Assembly: GCA_024679065.1 (NCBI GenBank) | Contig: JAGIQG010000016.1 | Span: 2,666,001-2,730,000, forward strand | DNA: 64,000 nucleotides | Source of the DNA: Sphyrna mokarran | Lineage: Eukaryota | Direction of reading: 5' to 3' | Part shown: one piece after another, positions 50,946 to 63,600 of the stretch | How the letters are laid out: every line of letters starts with the position of its first letter | How positions within the stretch are numbered: the first letter of the stretch is position 1 | Translations under genes and position numbers: made by a program | Notes under the pieces: generated by a model | Databases searched by the model: none | What the model was told of the DNA's origin: nothing | Seen by the model: only the letters and a program-made list of their open reading frames with translations

Positions 50946-52989
50946 CGTCAAGGGGAGGTGAACGGTCAAAATCAATGGCCAACTTCCCAAAGTTGAGCTT
51001 GAGGAGGGTGGAAGGGCAAGGAGGGGAACAAGTCTCCTTTCTCTTTTGTTCCCATTCCCACATTCTTCAATAAAACCTCCCAAAGCCACAACCTCCAGCC
51101 TCCTCTAGAAGGACAAGGGCAGCAGGAACATGGGGATCACCATCACCTCCAAGTTCCCCTCCCAGTCTCACACACACCGTCCCCACTTGGAGACATATCG
51201 GCCGTTCCTTCATCATCACTGGGTCAAAATCCTGGAGCTCCCTCCCTGACAGCGCCATGGGAGCACCTTCACCACACAGGACTGAAACTGTTCAAGAAGA
51301 AGCCCCATCACCACCTCCTCAACGGACATCTGGGTACAGACAATAAATATCAGCCTTGCCAGAGATACCCACATCTTGAGAATGAACATATTGTAAAGAT
51401 GAAGGAACTCACTGCTTCCATGATGTGGAGATGCAGGCGTCGGACTGGGGTAAGCAGAGTAAGAAGTCTCACACGTTAAAGGTTAAAGTCCAACAGATTT
51501 ATTTGGTAGCATGAGCTTTTAAAGAATGAGTTGTTTCTCCATCAGGTGGGTGAACACCTGAATACACCCAGTAGATTTTAAAAAGCACTTAGATAGTTAT
51601 ATGGGTAGGAAGGATATAGAGGGATATGGATCAAACCCGGGCATTTGGGACTAGTTTAGGGTTTGGAAAAAAGAGCGGCATGGACAAATTGGGTGTAAGG
51701 GCCTATTTCCATGCTGTAAACTGCTATGACTCTGTTTTCATATAGACAGGTCCTTTGTGGTTTTCCTGTCTGGGTTTCCTCCAGGTGCTCTGCTTTCTTC
51801 CCACAGTCCAAGATGTGGTTAGGTGGATTGGCCATGCTAAATTGTCCCTTGGTGTCAAGAGATTAGCAGAGTTTACGGGTATGGTGCTGGGTGGGATTGT
51901 TGTCAATGCAAATTCGATGGGCTGAATGGTCTCCTTTTGTGGAGACCATTCAGTCTGTGGGGATTAGGTCCAGGAGTGTGTGGGTAGATGCAGTGGGTGG
52001 TGGGTTAACTCTCTGCTCCTATCGGGCATCAGTTCCTCATCAAGGCTGTCATTCTTGCCTCTGTTCACTGGGTTAGAGGTAAAAAAATTGAAAGCAATAT
52101 TATGTGGCTAAAAAAAGTTACAGCTAAGTAGATTCAATTTTTGTTGGATATGGAAACAAGTCAAACAGGAACCAAATGGGGACTTGGTATGTTCTGAGCC
52201 ATGTAATTGTGATAGAAAGGGAGTGTCTGATTAAAATTCTGAAGAAGTATCCAAACCAGTTCAACCACATTTATGCAAAGTTCAGCATGTCTTTAATGCT
52301 GAAGCAAAGCCAACAGAAATTATTCAAATGTTTTGGGTGATGCAAAATGGAAATTTAAAAGGAGTGTCAGATTATAATTTTGAATAAGAATTATCCACAA
52401 CAGTAATGTGATGCTATAGTCAGTGGCTGCCCTGCTGCTGTTGGTGATTTCTCTACAAGATAGAGAGGGTTGTGCACCCTCAGCGAGGTGTGCATAGTGC
52501 CTGCAGCCATTTCCAGCCCTCTACCCTCTGCGTGTCATGTTGAAAAGGACAGCCCTGTGCCAACAATCGCCATTCTCATTAATGCTCCACTCCCATCCGT
52601 TTCCCAGCATCTCCACCATCAGTTCTGCTCTGCTCCTTGATTTTATGATTCACTTGTGCCTGGAAGAGATAGGAAAGAATGCTGAGTGTCTGGGTGATAT
52701 GCCAACTGTAGCTGAATAGTTGGAAATATGTGGAGGAGCAGGGAGAGTTGGTATGTGAGGTTGGCATCATTGGTATGTGTATGAGGGTGAGGTGATGTTG
52801 TGCCTAATGCAGCCTGGGATCTGCTGAAAGAGGCCTTTTCTCATTCAGATGGAATTGCTGTACCTTGCGTGATGAATTCATCTTGCTTTGAAGTGCTGTG
52901 TATCCTGCAAATGGACCCATTGGAGGAATGGACATGGTAGGTTCACATTACACACAACCTTTTGTGTTCTCATTCTTTGAGTCCACACC

Positions 52990-54130
52990 CTTCCTATTTC
53001 TCATCTAAGTGCTGTCCCTCAACAACATCATCCAAAATATAGTATTAATTTTCACCGATGACAATCAACTCTACATCATCAGCACCTGTCTCATCTCCTC
53101 CATTAAATTGGTGGCACGGTGGCACAGTTGTCAACACTGCTGCTTCACAATGCCAGGGATTCACGTTCGATTCCTGGCTTGGGTCACTGTACAGAGTCTC
53201 CATGTTCTGCCCTGTGTCTGCGTAGATTTCTTCCCACATTCCAAAAGATGTGCTGGTCAGGTGCATTGGCCGTACTAAATTCTCCTTCAACGTATTAAAC
53301 AGGTGCTGGAGTGTGGTGACTGGGGGATTTTCACAGTAATTTCATTCCAATGATAATGCAAGACTACTTGTGACACCAATAAATAAACTTTCAAACTTTT
53401 AAATTGTCAAACTGCTGATCCAACATTCAGTACTGGGATGTGCAGAAATTTCCTGCAATTCAATATTGGGAAGACTGAAGCCATAGTTTACAGTTCCCGG
53501 TGCAAACTCCATTCCCTAACTACCAACTCCATCCCTCTCTGGCTATAGTCAGAGATTAAGCCAGTCTTTTCACAACTTGGCATCATATTTGATCCCAAGG
53601 GAAATTTGCAATCTCATATTCTTGCCACCAAGACCATTCATTTTCCAACCTCCATGACATTGCTTGAATTCTCTTCTGTCTCAGCTCATGTGCTGCTGAA
53701 ATCCTCATTCATGCCTTTCTTACCTCTAGACTTCACTATCCCACTGTGCTCTGGCTGCTGTCCTTTTTACCCTTCATAAACTTGAGGTCATCCAAAATTC
53801 TGCTGCCTGCAGTTTAATTCACAGTAAGTCTTGATTCCCCTATTACCCCTGTGCTCACTGAGCTATGTTAGTTTCCTATGAAGTAACACATTGATTTTTA
53901 TGTTCTCATACTTCATTTCAAATCCCTCAATGGCCTCACCCCTCCCTACCTGTATAATTGTGTCCAGTCCCACGGATCTCTGATTTCTTCATTTCCTAGT
54001 TCTTATGCGTTCTCTCCATTCATCGATTCACCATTAGTGGTTGAGCCTTCAGTTGCTTTGGCCCTAAGCCCGAATTTCCTCTATTCACCTTTTTACCTCT
54101 CTATCTTGCCATTCTCCTTTAAAATGCTCC
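52990..54130 (+). mobile_element. Decayed L2 LINE with an inserted SINE
   Basis: FTDDNQLY and NFLQFNIGKTEAIV L2-type motifs. Confidence 0.7.
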
Positions 54131-57100
54131 ATAAATCTTTCTCCCCACTCTCTGCGGAAGCGCATTCCACGTTCTCCCCATTCCCTGTGGAAGCGCGTTC
54201 CACGTTCTTCACATTCACTGTGAAGTAAAGTTTATTTATTAGACACAAATAGGCTTACATTAACACTGCAATGAAGTTACTGCGAAAGTCCCTTAGCCAC
54301 CACGCTCCTGTGCCTGTTCGGGTACACTGAGGAAGAATTTAATATGGCCAATGCACCTAACCGGCATGACTGTGGGAGGAAACTGGAGCACGCAGAAGAA
54401 ACCCACTGTGGGAACAAATTCCATATTCTCCTTGCTCTCTGTTGGAGCAAATTACAATTCTCCTCACTCTTTGGGTAAAGAAGTTTCGCCTGAATTCCTC
54501 ACTGAATTTATTAATGACTACCTTATATTAATGGCCTCTTCCCCACAAGGAGAAACAATCTCTCTGTATCCACTCAATCAGAATCTCTATAAGACCACCT
54601 CTCAGTCTTTTTACAAAAGATAACAGACACAGCTTATCAATCTTTTCCTGGTATGTAACTCCACACGTTTCTGGTATCATTTTTTTAATCCTGCTCTGTA
54701 CTTTCTTCAGTGTCCCTATATCTTTTTAATAATATGGCAATGAGAGCTGCACACAGCAGAATGATCTGGTCTCAGTCTGACCTAATGAAGGTTGAGTGCA
54801 GGATTATCAGAAATCTTTTACTCCTTAATTCTATTCTGGATGTAAAACCAGGGGCTTGACTTGCACTTTTATGTCTGCTAACCTGTGGAGTAACTTGCAG
54901 TGATGGACATATTTTTATTCTGAGATTCCATTGTTCCATTACCACAAGTAAAAAAAATTAGTGTTTTGGGGTCATTGCTGCAACCTTTCCATAGAATCCA
55001 TAGAATTCCTACACTGCAGAAAGAGGCCATCCAGCCCACGAGTCTGCACTGGCTCTCTGACGGAGCATCCCACCCAAGTTTTCCTCTTCACCCCTATCGT
55101 GGCAGATTACCATGTGCCTAAACTGCACATCTTTGCCTACTAAGGGACAATTCAGCATAGCCAATCTATCTAATCTGCACATCTTTGGATACCAAGGGGC
55201 AATTTAGCATGGCCAATTCACCTAACCTGCACATTTTTGGAGTATGCGAAGATACTGGAGCACCCATAGGAAACCCACACATCACGGGGAAATGTGTAAA
55301 CTCCACACAGTCACTCAAGCTGGGGATTGAATCCCGGTCACTGGCGCTGTGAAGCAGAAATGCTAACCACTATGCCACTGTGCTGCCCCAGGAGGTTGGT
55401 CAACACAACAGCCTTATAAACCAGACCTTGTTGACTTCTAAAGGTCCATATTGGCAATGACAAATTGGTACAGCTTGAACAAAGGCAGCGCTGGCACAGA
55501 TGACTGAATCTAGTCACAGAATCATACAGTACTTTAAAAATAACATCTGACATTGTTGTTCTTTGCATGAGGTCTCCATAAATCAAAAGAAATTGGTCTT
55601 TTATTTCCTTATTCCACACATATCAAATTTAATCCTCTTCCAGGAGTGCTCTGCCAGAAGACAGGTCCTTAGCTCATTATCTGCTGCTCTTTCATCCTGA
55701 GTTGGGTTGAGTCTGCTCAATCATTCAATACAATATGATCATATCTGATCATCCACTTTAATTCCTTTTCCTCACACTATCGCTATATCCCTTTAGGTCA
55801 CCTGAATTTAGATATCTGACAATCTGTACTTTAAACATAGTCAGTGACTGAACTTCCTCAACTTTTTGGGGTAGAGAATCCAAAAGATTCACAACCGCCT
55901 GAGTAAATAAAATTATCTTAAACTATGTCCCCTAGTTCTAGATTCTTCAACCAGGGGAAGCACCTTGCCTGAATTTACTCTGTTTCTTCCTGTTCTGTAG
56001 AAGAATCATTAAATTTTAACTCTGTTTTTCTGCTGCCAGGCCTGCTGGGTTTTTCTACCATTTTCTGATTTTATGGTCCCTTGAAGTATCTTGTTGGTTT
56101 CAATGAGATCACCTCTCATTCTTCAAAACTGCAAAGAATACATGCTCAGTTTCCACAATCCCTCTTCATAGGATAGTCCCGCTATCCTAGGAAAATCCAA
56201 GTGAACATTGTTGGAAAGACTAGCATACAGAGGGTACAGTTTAAAATTAGGGGGTCTCCCATGTGAGACACAGATGTGAGGAATGTTTCTCTCAGTGAGT
56301 TTCTCTCCCCTCCGTAAGAAGTCTCACAACACTAGTTTAAAATCCAATGGGTTTATTTATTATTATGAACTTTTGGAGCACCGTTCCTTCATCAGGTGAG
56401 TTTCGTCTGACACTCACACTCAAATACTCAAGTGATGAAGGAGCAGCGATCTGAAAGCTTGTGCTACCAAATAAACCTGTTGGACTTTAACCTGGTGAGA
56501 CTTCTTACTGTGCCCATCCAGTCCAACATCTATATTTTCACCTCATTTCTCTCCTCCAGAAAGCAGTGGAAGTTGGGTCATTGAATATTTTTACGATAGG
56601 GTTAGATAAGTTCTTGACTGACAAGGGAGACAAAGGACATTGGGATGGACAGGAATGTGAAGTTGAAACTACAGTTAGATTAGCCTGATCATACCAAATG
56701 ACAGAACAGGCTTGAAGGGGCAAATGGCCTACTCCTCTGCCTAATTCAATTATTTATATATTTATTTGTTTAACTCCTTGGCAGTGGAATGTGATTGCTA
56801 TTTCTACCCCACCCTGTAGGATGAGATTCCAAGCTTTTTATTTAACAATTGGCTGTGAGCTCCATTCCTGTTCTAAGACAGAATAGTTTCTTTTAGGAAA
56901 TTGGATAAATACGTGAAGGGGAATATTTTGCAGGACTATGGGAGGAAAAGCAGGGGAGAGTGGGACTAATTGGATAGATCTCTCAAAAAACCAACGCAAC
57001 GTATGATGGGCTGAATGGTCTCTTTCTGTGCTGTATAGAATCATAAAATCCTGTTTGATTGCTTCTGATGGATGACGTTCCTCTTTCAGTTCAGTTTTTA

Positions 57101-57339
57101 CATAATTATATCTCCATGTGTGCACAGAGCGAGTGCAGATTGCTGTTCTTGTCATGCAGCTTCTCTACAGATTTCACAATTCAGTGAGAGCCAAACTGAA
57201 GGAGGAAGGCGTTACCTGTACTCTGTCAAACTGTGATGTTTCTTTTCAGATTAGTGGGGGCACTGGGGGAGGAGCTCAGTTTCTCACATAAAGGTCAGGC
57301 TGTATAATCACTAATGTCATTCTCCAATATGAACAGATA

Positions 57340-57701
57340 GTGTGACGTCTCAGCCAAAGTCTTGGATAGAAAGGAAATTCCCCGATTTCTATAGGTCATT
57401 TCTGTTGCAAACACAAAGGTGATAAATGACCAGGTCATCTGATATTGGTTTAAATCTTAGCCCCAAGATTACGGAGTTAACTCCTCACTTCTCTGCTTTG
57501 TGAAATAGTGACCCTGGCCAAGGGGCCAGATGAGGTTCTGGGGGAAAAAGTGAACCAGAGGAAGTAAAATCTGATCTGTTCTGGAATTTCCTCACTGTGC
57601 AACTTTTCACCTGTCATCTCTCTGGGAAAGTCCATTTATATCGGTCGGAGCAGAACGGAGATTGGAGAGTGGAGTGGGAGTGAAAAGAAGAGCGAGTAAG
57701 T
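57340..57701 (+). promoter_or_regulatory. NF-kB/IRF/ETS/CRE motif cluster with a TATA-like box and downstream splice donor
   Basis: tgacgt (57343), ggaaattccc (57373), gaaaaagtgaac (57544), gaggaagt (57558), tggaatttcc (57582), gggaaagtcc (57624), tttatat (57635), gtaagt (57696). Confidence 0.45.
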
Positions 57702-59245
57702 AGAACTTCTTCACACAAGAGTGGAAATCTGGAATTCCTCAAAAAGCATTGAAGTCTGAGAGTGGTCAACGGAAAAAGTTCAAAACTGTAATTGATAGAT
57801 TTTTGTTGGGTAAAGGGGATTCGGGGTTACAGAACAAGGCTGAGCTAAAATACTGATCAGAAATGACTTAAAGCAGAAAAGGCTGTAAGATTGTGAAAGA
57901 ATAATATTGTTTTTATTGCTTATTTCCTGAATAAAACTTCTGCCAGTAATAATTTGTGTGACTTATAGTTCCAGAGATAATGGAGTTCGATTACTTGGAT
58001 AGATTGGAGAAACTAAGAGAAGGGGAGATTTGATCAAGATTTTCAAAATTATGAGGAGGTCTGGACAGAGTAAAGAGGGAGAAATTGTTCCCATCGGTGG
58101 AACGATCAGGAACTAGAGGGATGCATATCTATAGTGATTGGGCAAAGATGCAGTGGCAATGCAAGAAAAATCCTTTCTATGGAGCGAGTGGTTAGGAACA
58201 GGAGTGCGCTGTCTGAGAATGTGATGGATGCAGATTCAATCGGGGCTTTCATAAGGGAAGTGGCTCATTATCTGGAGAGGACGAATCTGCAGGACTCTGG
58301 GGAAAAGGTGGGGGAGTGGGATTAGGTGAGTTGGTCTCATAGAGAATTAATGTAGGCACAGTTTGCCTGAATGGCTTCCTTCTGTATTGTAACCATTCTT
58401 TGACTTTGAGTTTCTGATTTAATTGTGCGAAATAGTAATCGGTTCATGATATCAAAACACAATTGATTCAGAATGAATATTCCCTGTTTTGTCTTCTAAA
58501 AATGCTTTTTGATTTTATCCAGGCATAATTATGAACAATATTTTATGAAATATTGTTCTTTTAAAAGCTACTTCAAATAGGTGATTATCTGTTTACAGCC
58601 TGGCTATTACCTTCATCTGTGCCACAGATACAGCACAGAATGAGGCTATTCAGCCCAGTTCACCTTGTCTGCCCTCTGAAAGATCTGTCCAATTGGTCTC
58701 ACTCTCTCCGCTGCTCCTTCCCAAATCCTTCTCCTTCCAATTGCTCGTTGCAAAAGTTTCTATTGAATCTGCTTCCACTGCCCTTTTAGGCGGCACCTTT
58801 CAGATCGCAGCAACTCGCTGTGTGTAAAAAAAAAAATAAATTCTCCTCATCTCCCCCCCTACTCTGGTTCTTTTCCCAATTCTGTTCAATCGGTGTCCCC
58901 ACTAGTTACTGAGCCTTCTGTCACTGGGAACACTTTCCCCTTATTTATTCTATGGCAACATAATTTTGAGTGTCACAATTAAATCTTCCCCTTAATCTTT
59001 GCTGCTCCAAGGAAAATAATCCTAGCTTCTCCAGTCTCTCCGCATTAACTCATGTCCCTCATATCTGACTATTCTAGTAAATCTCAACCATCTCCAAGGC
59101 CTTGACAATTTTCCAATAATGTGTAATGCCCAGAATTAGACACAATCTTCCTGCTGGGACTGAACCAGTCATGTAACTTCTCAACAAAAACAGAAAATGC
59201 TGGAAAATCTCAGCCGGTTTGACAGCATCTCTGGAGAAGGAACAG

Positions 59246-59284
59246 AGCCAAATTTTCGAGTCGAGACGACCCTTCATCAGAGCT
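59246..59284 (-). ncRNA. Minimal hammerhead ribozyme motif from a second Penelope family
   Basis: AGCU-CUGAUGA-A-GGGUC/GACUC-GAAA-AUUU-GGCU; core intact but the cleavage triplet UUU is suboptimal. Confidence 0.5.
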
Positions 59285-59361
59285 TAAAGTAGAATGCTCC
59301 ACCCCATATGGGAACCGGTTTCTTTAATATGTCAATGTGGGTGTGGTCTGGACTGTGCCAT

Positions 59362-59602
59362 TGTGAAATGGGAAAGTAAGGAATAATGTCCCAGCCTCTG
59401 TCAGGAAAAGCCGGGTTAAAAGCTGCTTTTCCCCTGAAGGGATTAGAGTGAAACAAGAATCCGAGTACCAGCTCCCGGGAAACTGTTCAACCCACACCCG
59501 GGGAGAGGGAAGAGAGAGCAGGGATGGTGATCTACCCCCAGAGGGAGGGACAAACTGGAATTATTTGCTCCAAATCCAAAGGGAGGAGAAACCGGTATGC
59601 TT
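59362..59602 (+). promoter_or_regulatory. Orphan copy of the receptor promoter/first exon, ending at donor ccg|gtatgc
   Basis: Close match to 38380-38535 (reverse complement); inverted copy at 60686-60924. Confidence 0.55.
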
Positions 59603-59654
59603 TCTTTCTGCAGTGGAGAGATTCTATTCTTTTGATGCTTAGCTCCATTTAGGA

Positions 59655-61065
59655 TCATAGAGGTTTACTGCATGGAAACAGGCCCTCAGTCCAACTTGTC
59701 CATGCCGCCCTTTTATTTAAAATCCAAAGCTAGTCTCAATTGCCCACATTTGACCCATGTCCCTCTATACCTATCTTACCCATGTATCTGTCTAAACACT
59801 TTTTAAAAGACAAAATTGTACCTGCCTCTACTATTACCTCTGGCAGCTCGTTCCTGACACTCACCACTCTGTGTGAAAAAATTGCCTCTGTGGACCCTTT
59901 TGTATCTCTCCCCTCTCATCATAAACCTCTGCCCTCTAGTTTTAGACTCCCTTACATTTGGGGAAAGATATTGACTGTCTAGCTGATCTATGCCATCTAT
60001 TATTTTACAGACCTCTGTAAGATCACCCTTCAGCTTCCTATGCTCCAGGAAAAAAGTCTCAGGCTATCCAGCCTCTCCTTATAACTCAATTCATCAAGTT
60101 CCAGTAGTATCCTAGTAAATCTTTTCTGCACTCTTTCTAGTTGAATAATATCCTTTCCAGAATAGGATGACCGGAACTGTACACAGTATTCCAAGTGTGA
60201 CCTTACCAATGTCTTGTACAACTTCAAAAGACGTCCCAACTCCTGCATTCAATGTTCTGACCAATGAAACTAAACATACCAAATGTCTTCTTCACTGCTG
60301 TACTCACCTGTGACTCCACTTTCAAGGAACTATGAATCATTACCCCTAAATCTCTTTGTTCTTTATCTCTCCTCAATGCACTACCATTAACTGAATAAGT
60401 CCTGCCCTAGTTCAATTTACCAAAATGCATCACCTTGCATTTATCTAAATTAAACTCCATCTTCCATTCATCAGCCCACTGGCCTAATTGATCAAATCCT
60501 TTTGCAATCTGAGATAACTTTCTTCACTGTCCACTGTGCCACCAATCTTGGTGCCATCTTCAAACTTACTAACCATGCCTCCTATATTCTCATCTAAACC
60601 ATTAATATAAATGATAAATAATGATGGACGTAGTACCAATCCCAGAGGCAACTGCTGGTCACAGTGTGCGTACCAGTGCATATTCAAGCATACCGGTTTC
60701 TCTTCCCTTTGGATTTGGAGCAAGCATTCCAGTTTGTCCCTCCCTCTGGGGGTAGGGCACCATCCCTGCTCTCTCTTCCCTCTCCCCGGGTGTGGGTTGA
60801 ACAGTTTCCCAGGAGCCGGCACTCGGATTGTTGTTTCACTCCAATCCCTTCAGGGGAAAAGCAGCTTTTAACCGGCTTTTCCTGACAGAGGCTGAGACAT
60901 TATTCCTTACTTTCCCATTTCACAGTTTGAAAAGCAACCCTCTACAACCACTCTTTGGCTTTGTCACCAAGCCAATTTTGTATCCATTTAGCTACCATAC
61001 CCTGGATTCAATGAAATTTAACCTAATGCAACAACCCACCATGCAGTACCTTGTCAAAGGCCTTT
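59655..61065 (-). mobile_element. CR1 LINE fragment interrupted by the inverted promoter copy at 60665-60924
   Basis: [16 protein letters not shown] and LFIIYINGLDENIGGMVSKFEDGTKIGG motifs; CR1 sequence resumes at tttgaaaagcaaccctc. Confidence 0.9.
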
Positions 61066-61213
61066 TACATTCCCTTTGTCTTTTCGTCTCTACATCTTTG
61101 TCAATGCCCCCTCACCATAACAGTATAAATATCATTCTATTCTATATTGTCTAAAAACATGAGGAAGAAAGCAATAAAAAAACATAGGTTGACATGAAGA
61201 TGCACTGGTTGAT

Positions 61214-61625
61214 TGCTGCACTGTCATGGAGTCAGTGCTGAGGAGGTTGCACTATCAAAGTGTCGTACTGAGGGAGTGCTACACTGTTACGGGGTCAGTG
61301 CTGAGGGAGTGCCTCACTGTCAGAGGGTCAGTACTGAGGGAGTGCCGCACTGTCAGATGGTCAGTGCTGAGAGAGTGCCGCACTGTCAGAGGGTCAGTGC
61401 TGAGGCAGTGCCATACTGTCAGAGGGTCAGTACTGAGGGAGTGCCACACTGTGAGACGGTCAGTACTGAGAGAGTACCACACTGTCAAAGGGTCAGTACT
61501 GAGGGAATGCTGCTCTGTTAGAGCGTCATAACTGAGGGAATGCTGCACTGTCAGAGTGCAGACATTCCGGTGAGACATTAAGCAGAAGCCAGCACAAGTC
61601 CTCTCACGTGGATGTAAAATATCAT
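61214..61625 (+). repeat. 33-bp minisatellite expanded within a Deu-domain SINE remnant
   Basis: About 10 units, followed by gtgagacattaagcaga...ctctcacgtggatgtaaaa (Deu-domain-like). Confidence 0.8.
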
Positions 61626-62019
61626 TTGGGTCATTGGCAGTTTACCTCAACATTCTTGAGTCAATGGTTAGATTAAATCAATATCAGTAACACTAATAAA
61701 TAAACTTTAAAACTTTATAACTTAAATGTAATTATCTTGTGGTTTTTGAACTATGTATCTGTGTGATTTTGCTCTGTGCTAATTGGCTGCTGACTTTCCT
61801 ATATTACAGCATTGATCACACTCCCAAAATCTATTTCATTGGCCGTGAATCTCTTTATAATGACCTGAAATTGTGAAACTCACTCTGTAAATGTCTCTCT
61901 TTCTCACAGACATGTTCATTCTTGGGGTAATAATTGTCTTGGTTCTGATTCAACCAAATGTATCTGCTGGTGTCAAAGGTAAGATGTATCATCAGGTCTG
62001 TTCACACAGATGGCCAAGA

Positions 62020-63600
62020 ACATAGAACATAGAACACTACAGCACAAACAGGCCCTTCGGCCCATGAGTTGCGCCGATCACATCTATATCTACCAATCCA
62101 CAGACCTATCTATAACCCCCTATCCCATTCGTTCCCATATACTCATCCAGAAGTCTTTTAAAAGACCCCAGCGAGTTCGCCTCTACCACCTCCGATGGCA
62201 GCCAATTCCATTCACTCACCACCCTCTGACTGAAAAACTTACCCCTAACATCCCCTTTGTATTTGCTTTCCTGCACCTTAAATCTGGATCCATAAGGCCA
62301 AAGCCGCTTGGATCCCATGCCCTCTCACCTTCTCAAGAAGCCTTGCATGGGGGACCTTATCAAACGCCTTGCTAAAGTCCATGTACACCATGTCCACTGC
62401 TCTTTCTTCGTCAATGTGTTCAGTCACATTTTCAAAGAACTCTACTAGGCTTGTAAGGCATTACCTGCCCTTGACAAAACCATGCTGACTATTTCTGATC
62501 AGTCTAAACTTCTCCAAATGTTCATAAATGTTATTCCTCAGAAGTCTCTCCATCAGCTTACCAACCGCTGAAGTCAGACTCACTGGTCGGTAATTTCCTG
62601 GACTATCCTTGTTCCCTTTCTTAAAAATAGGAACCACATCCGCAATCCTCCAATCCTCCGGAACCTCTCCTGTTTCCATGGACGATGCAAAGATCATTGC
62701 CAGGGCTCTGCAACCACTTCCCTCACTTCCCACAATAACCTGGAGTACATCCCATCTGGTCCTGGTGACTTGTCTATCTTGATAACATTTAACAAATCTA
62801 ACACATCCTTGTTCCCTTTCTTAAAAATAGGAACCATATCTGCAATCCTCCAATCCTCCAGAAACTCTCCTGTTTCCATGGACGATGCAAAGATCATTGC
62901 CAGGGGCTCTGCAACCATTTCCCTCACTTCCCACAATAACCTGGGGTACATCCCATCTGGTCCCGGCGACTTGTCTATCTTGATAGCATTTAACAGACCT
63001 AACACATCCTTTTTCTTAATATCCACATATTCAATCTTTTCCGTTTGCCTCAAACCTGCAGTACAACCTCCCGGTTCACTTTCCACCGTGAATACCGAGG
63101 CAAAGTACTCATTAAGCACCTCTGCCATTTCTTCTGGATTCACACAGACTTTTCCCCCTTCATCTTTTATAGGTCCTATCCCTTCTCTTCTCATTCTTTT
63201 ACTTTTCACATATTTGTAGAAGGCCTTGGGATTCTCCTTAATCTTACCCACCAAGGCCTTCTCATGACCCCTTCTGGCTCTCCTAATTTCCTTTTTAAGC
63301 TCCCTTCTACACACCTTATACTCCTCTAGATCCCTAAAATCTCCTAGCTGTCTTAACCTTTTATACACCTTTCTTTTCTTCCTGACTAGGTTCACCACAA
63401 CCTTCGTGCACCATGGTTCCCGTGTCCTACCGAAACCTCCTTGTCTCCTCGGAACGTTGTCTTGCAGAGCCCCAGACAAACATTCCTTGAATATCCGCCA
63501 CTTTCCTTCTGTACTCTTCCCCAAGAACGCCTCCTTCCAGTTTATTCGTCCAATTACCTGCCTAATGTTTTCATATTTCCCCTTACTCCAGAAATATTTT
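62020..63600 (-). mobile_element. CR1 LINE with an internal deletion and a 200-bp tandem duplication
   Basis: ORF 62694..63524 (KENPKAFYKYVKSKR, KSPGPDGMYPRLLWE twice); 3' tail aacatagaacatagaac. Confidence 0.93.

Noticed and set aside
50975-51075. Coding first exon MANFPKLSLRRVEGQGGEQ downstream of the CHR promoter
   Set aside because: No convincing donor or downstream exon; stops after ~32 codons and runs into a LINE remnant.
52420-52960. Possible Harbinger transposase remnant
   Set aside because: Similarity is too faint to support without a profile search.
53110-53190. tRNA genes (also ~33485 and ~32100)
   Set aside because: They are tRNA-derived SINE heads followed by a V-domain and tail; no complete cloverleaf.
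62694-63524. Functional 276-aa gene
   Set aside because: CR1 ORF2 fragment with a duplication, frameshift and internal deletion.
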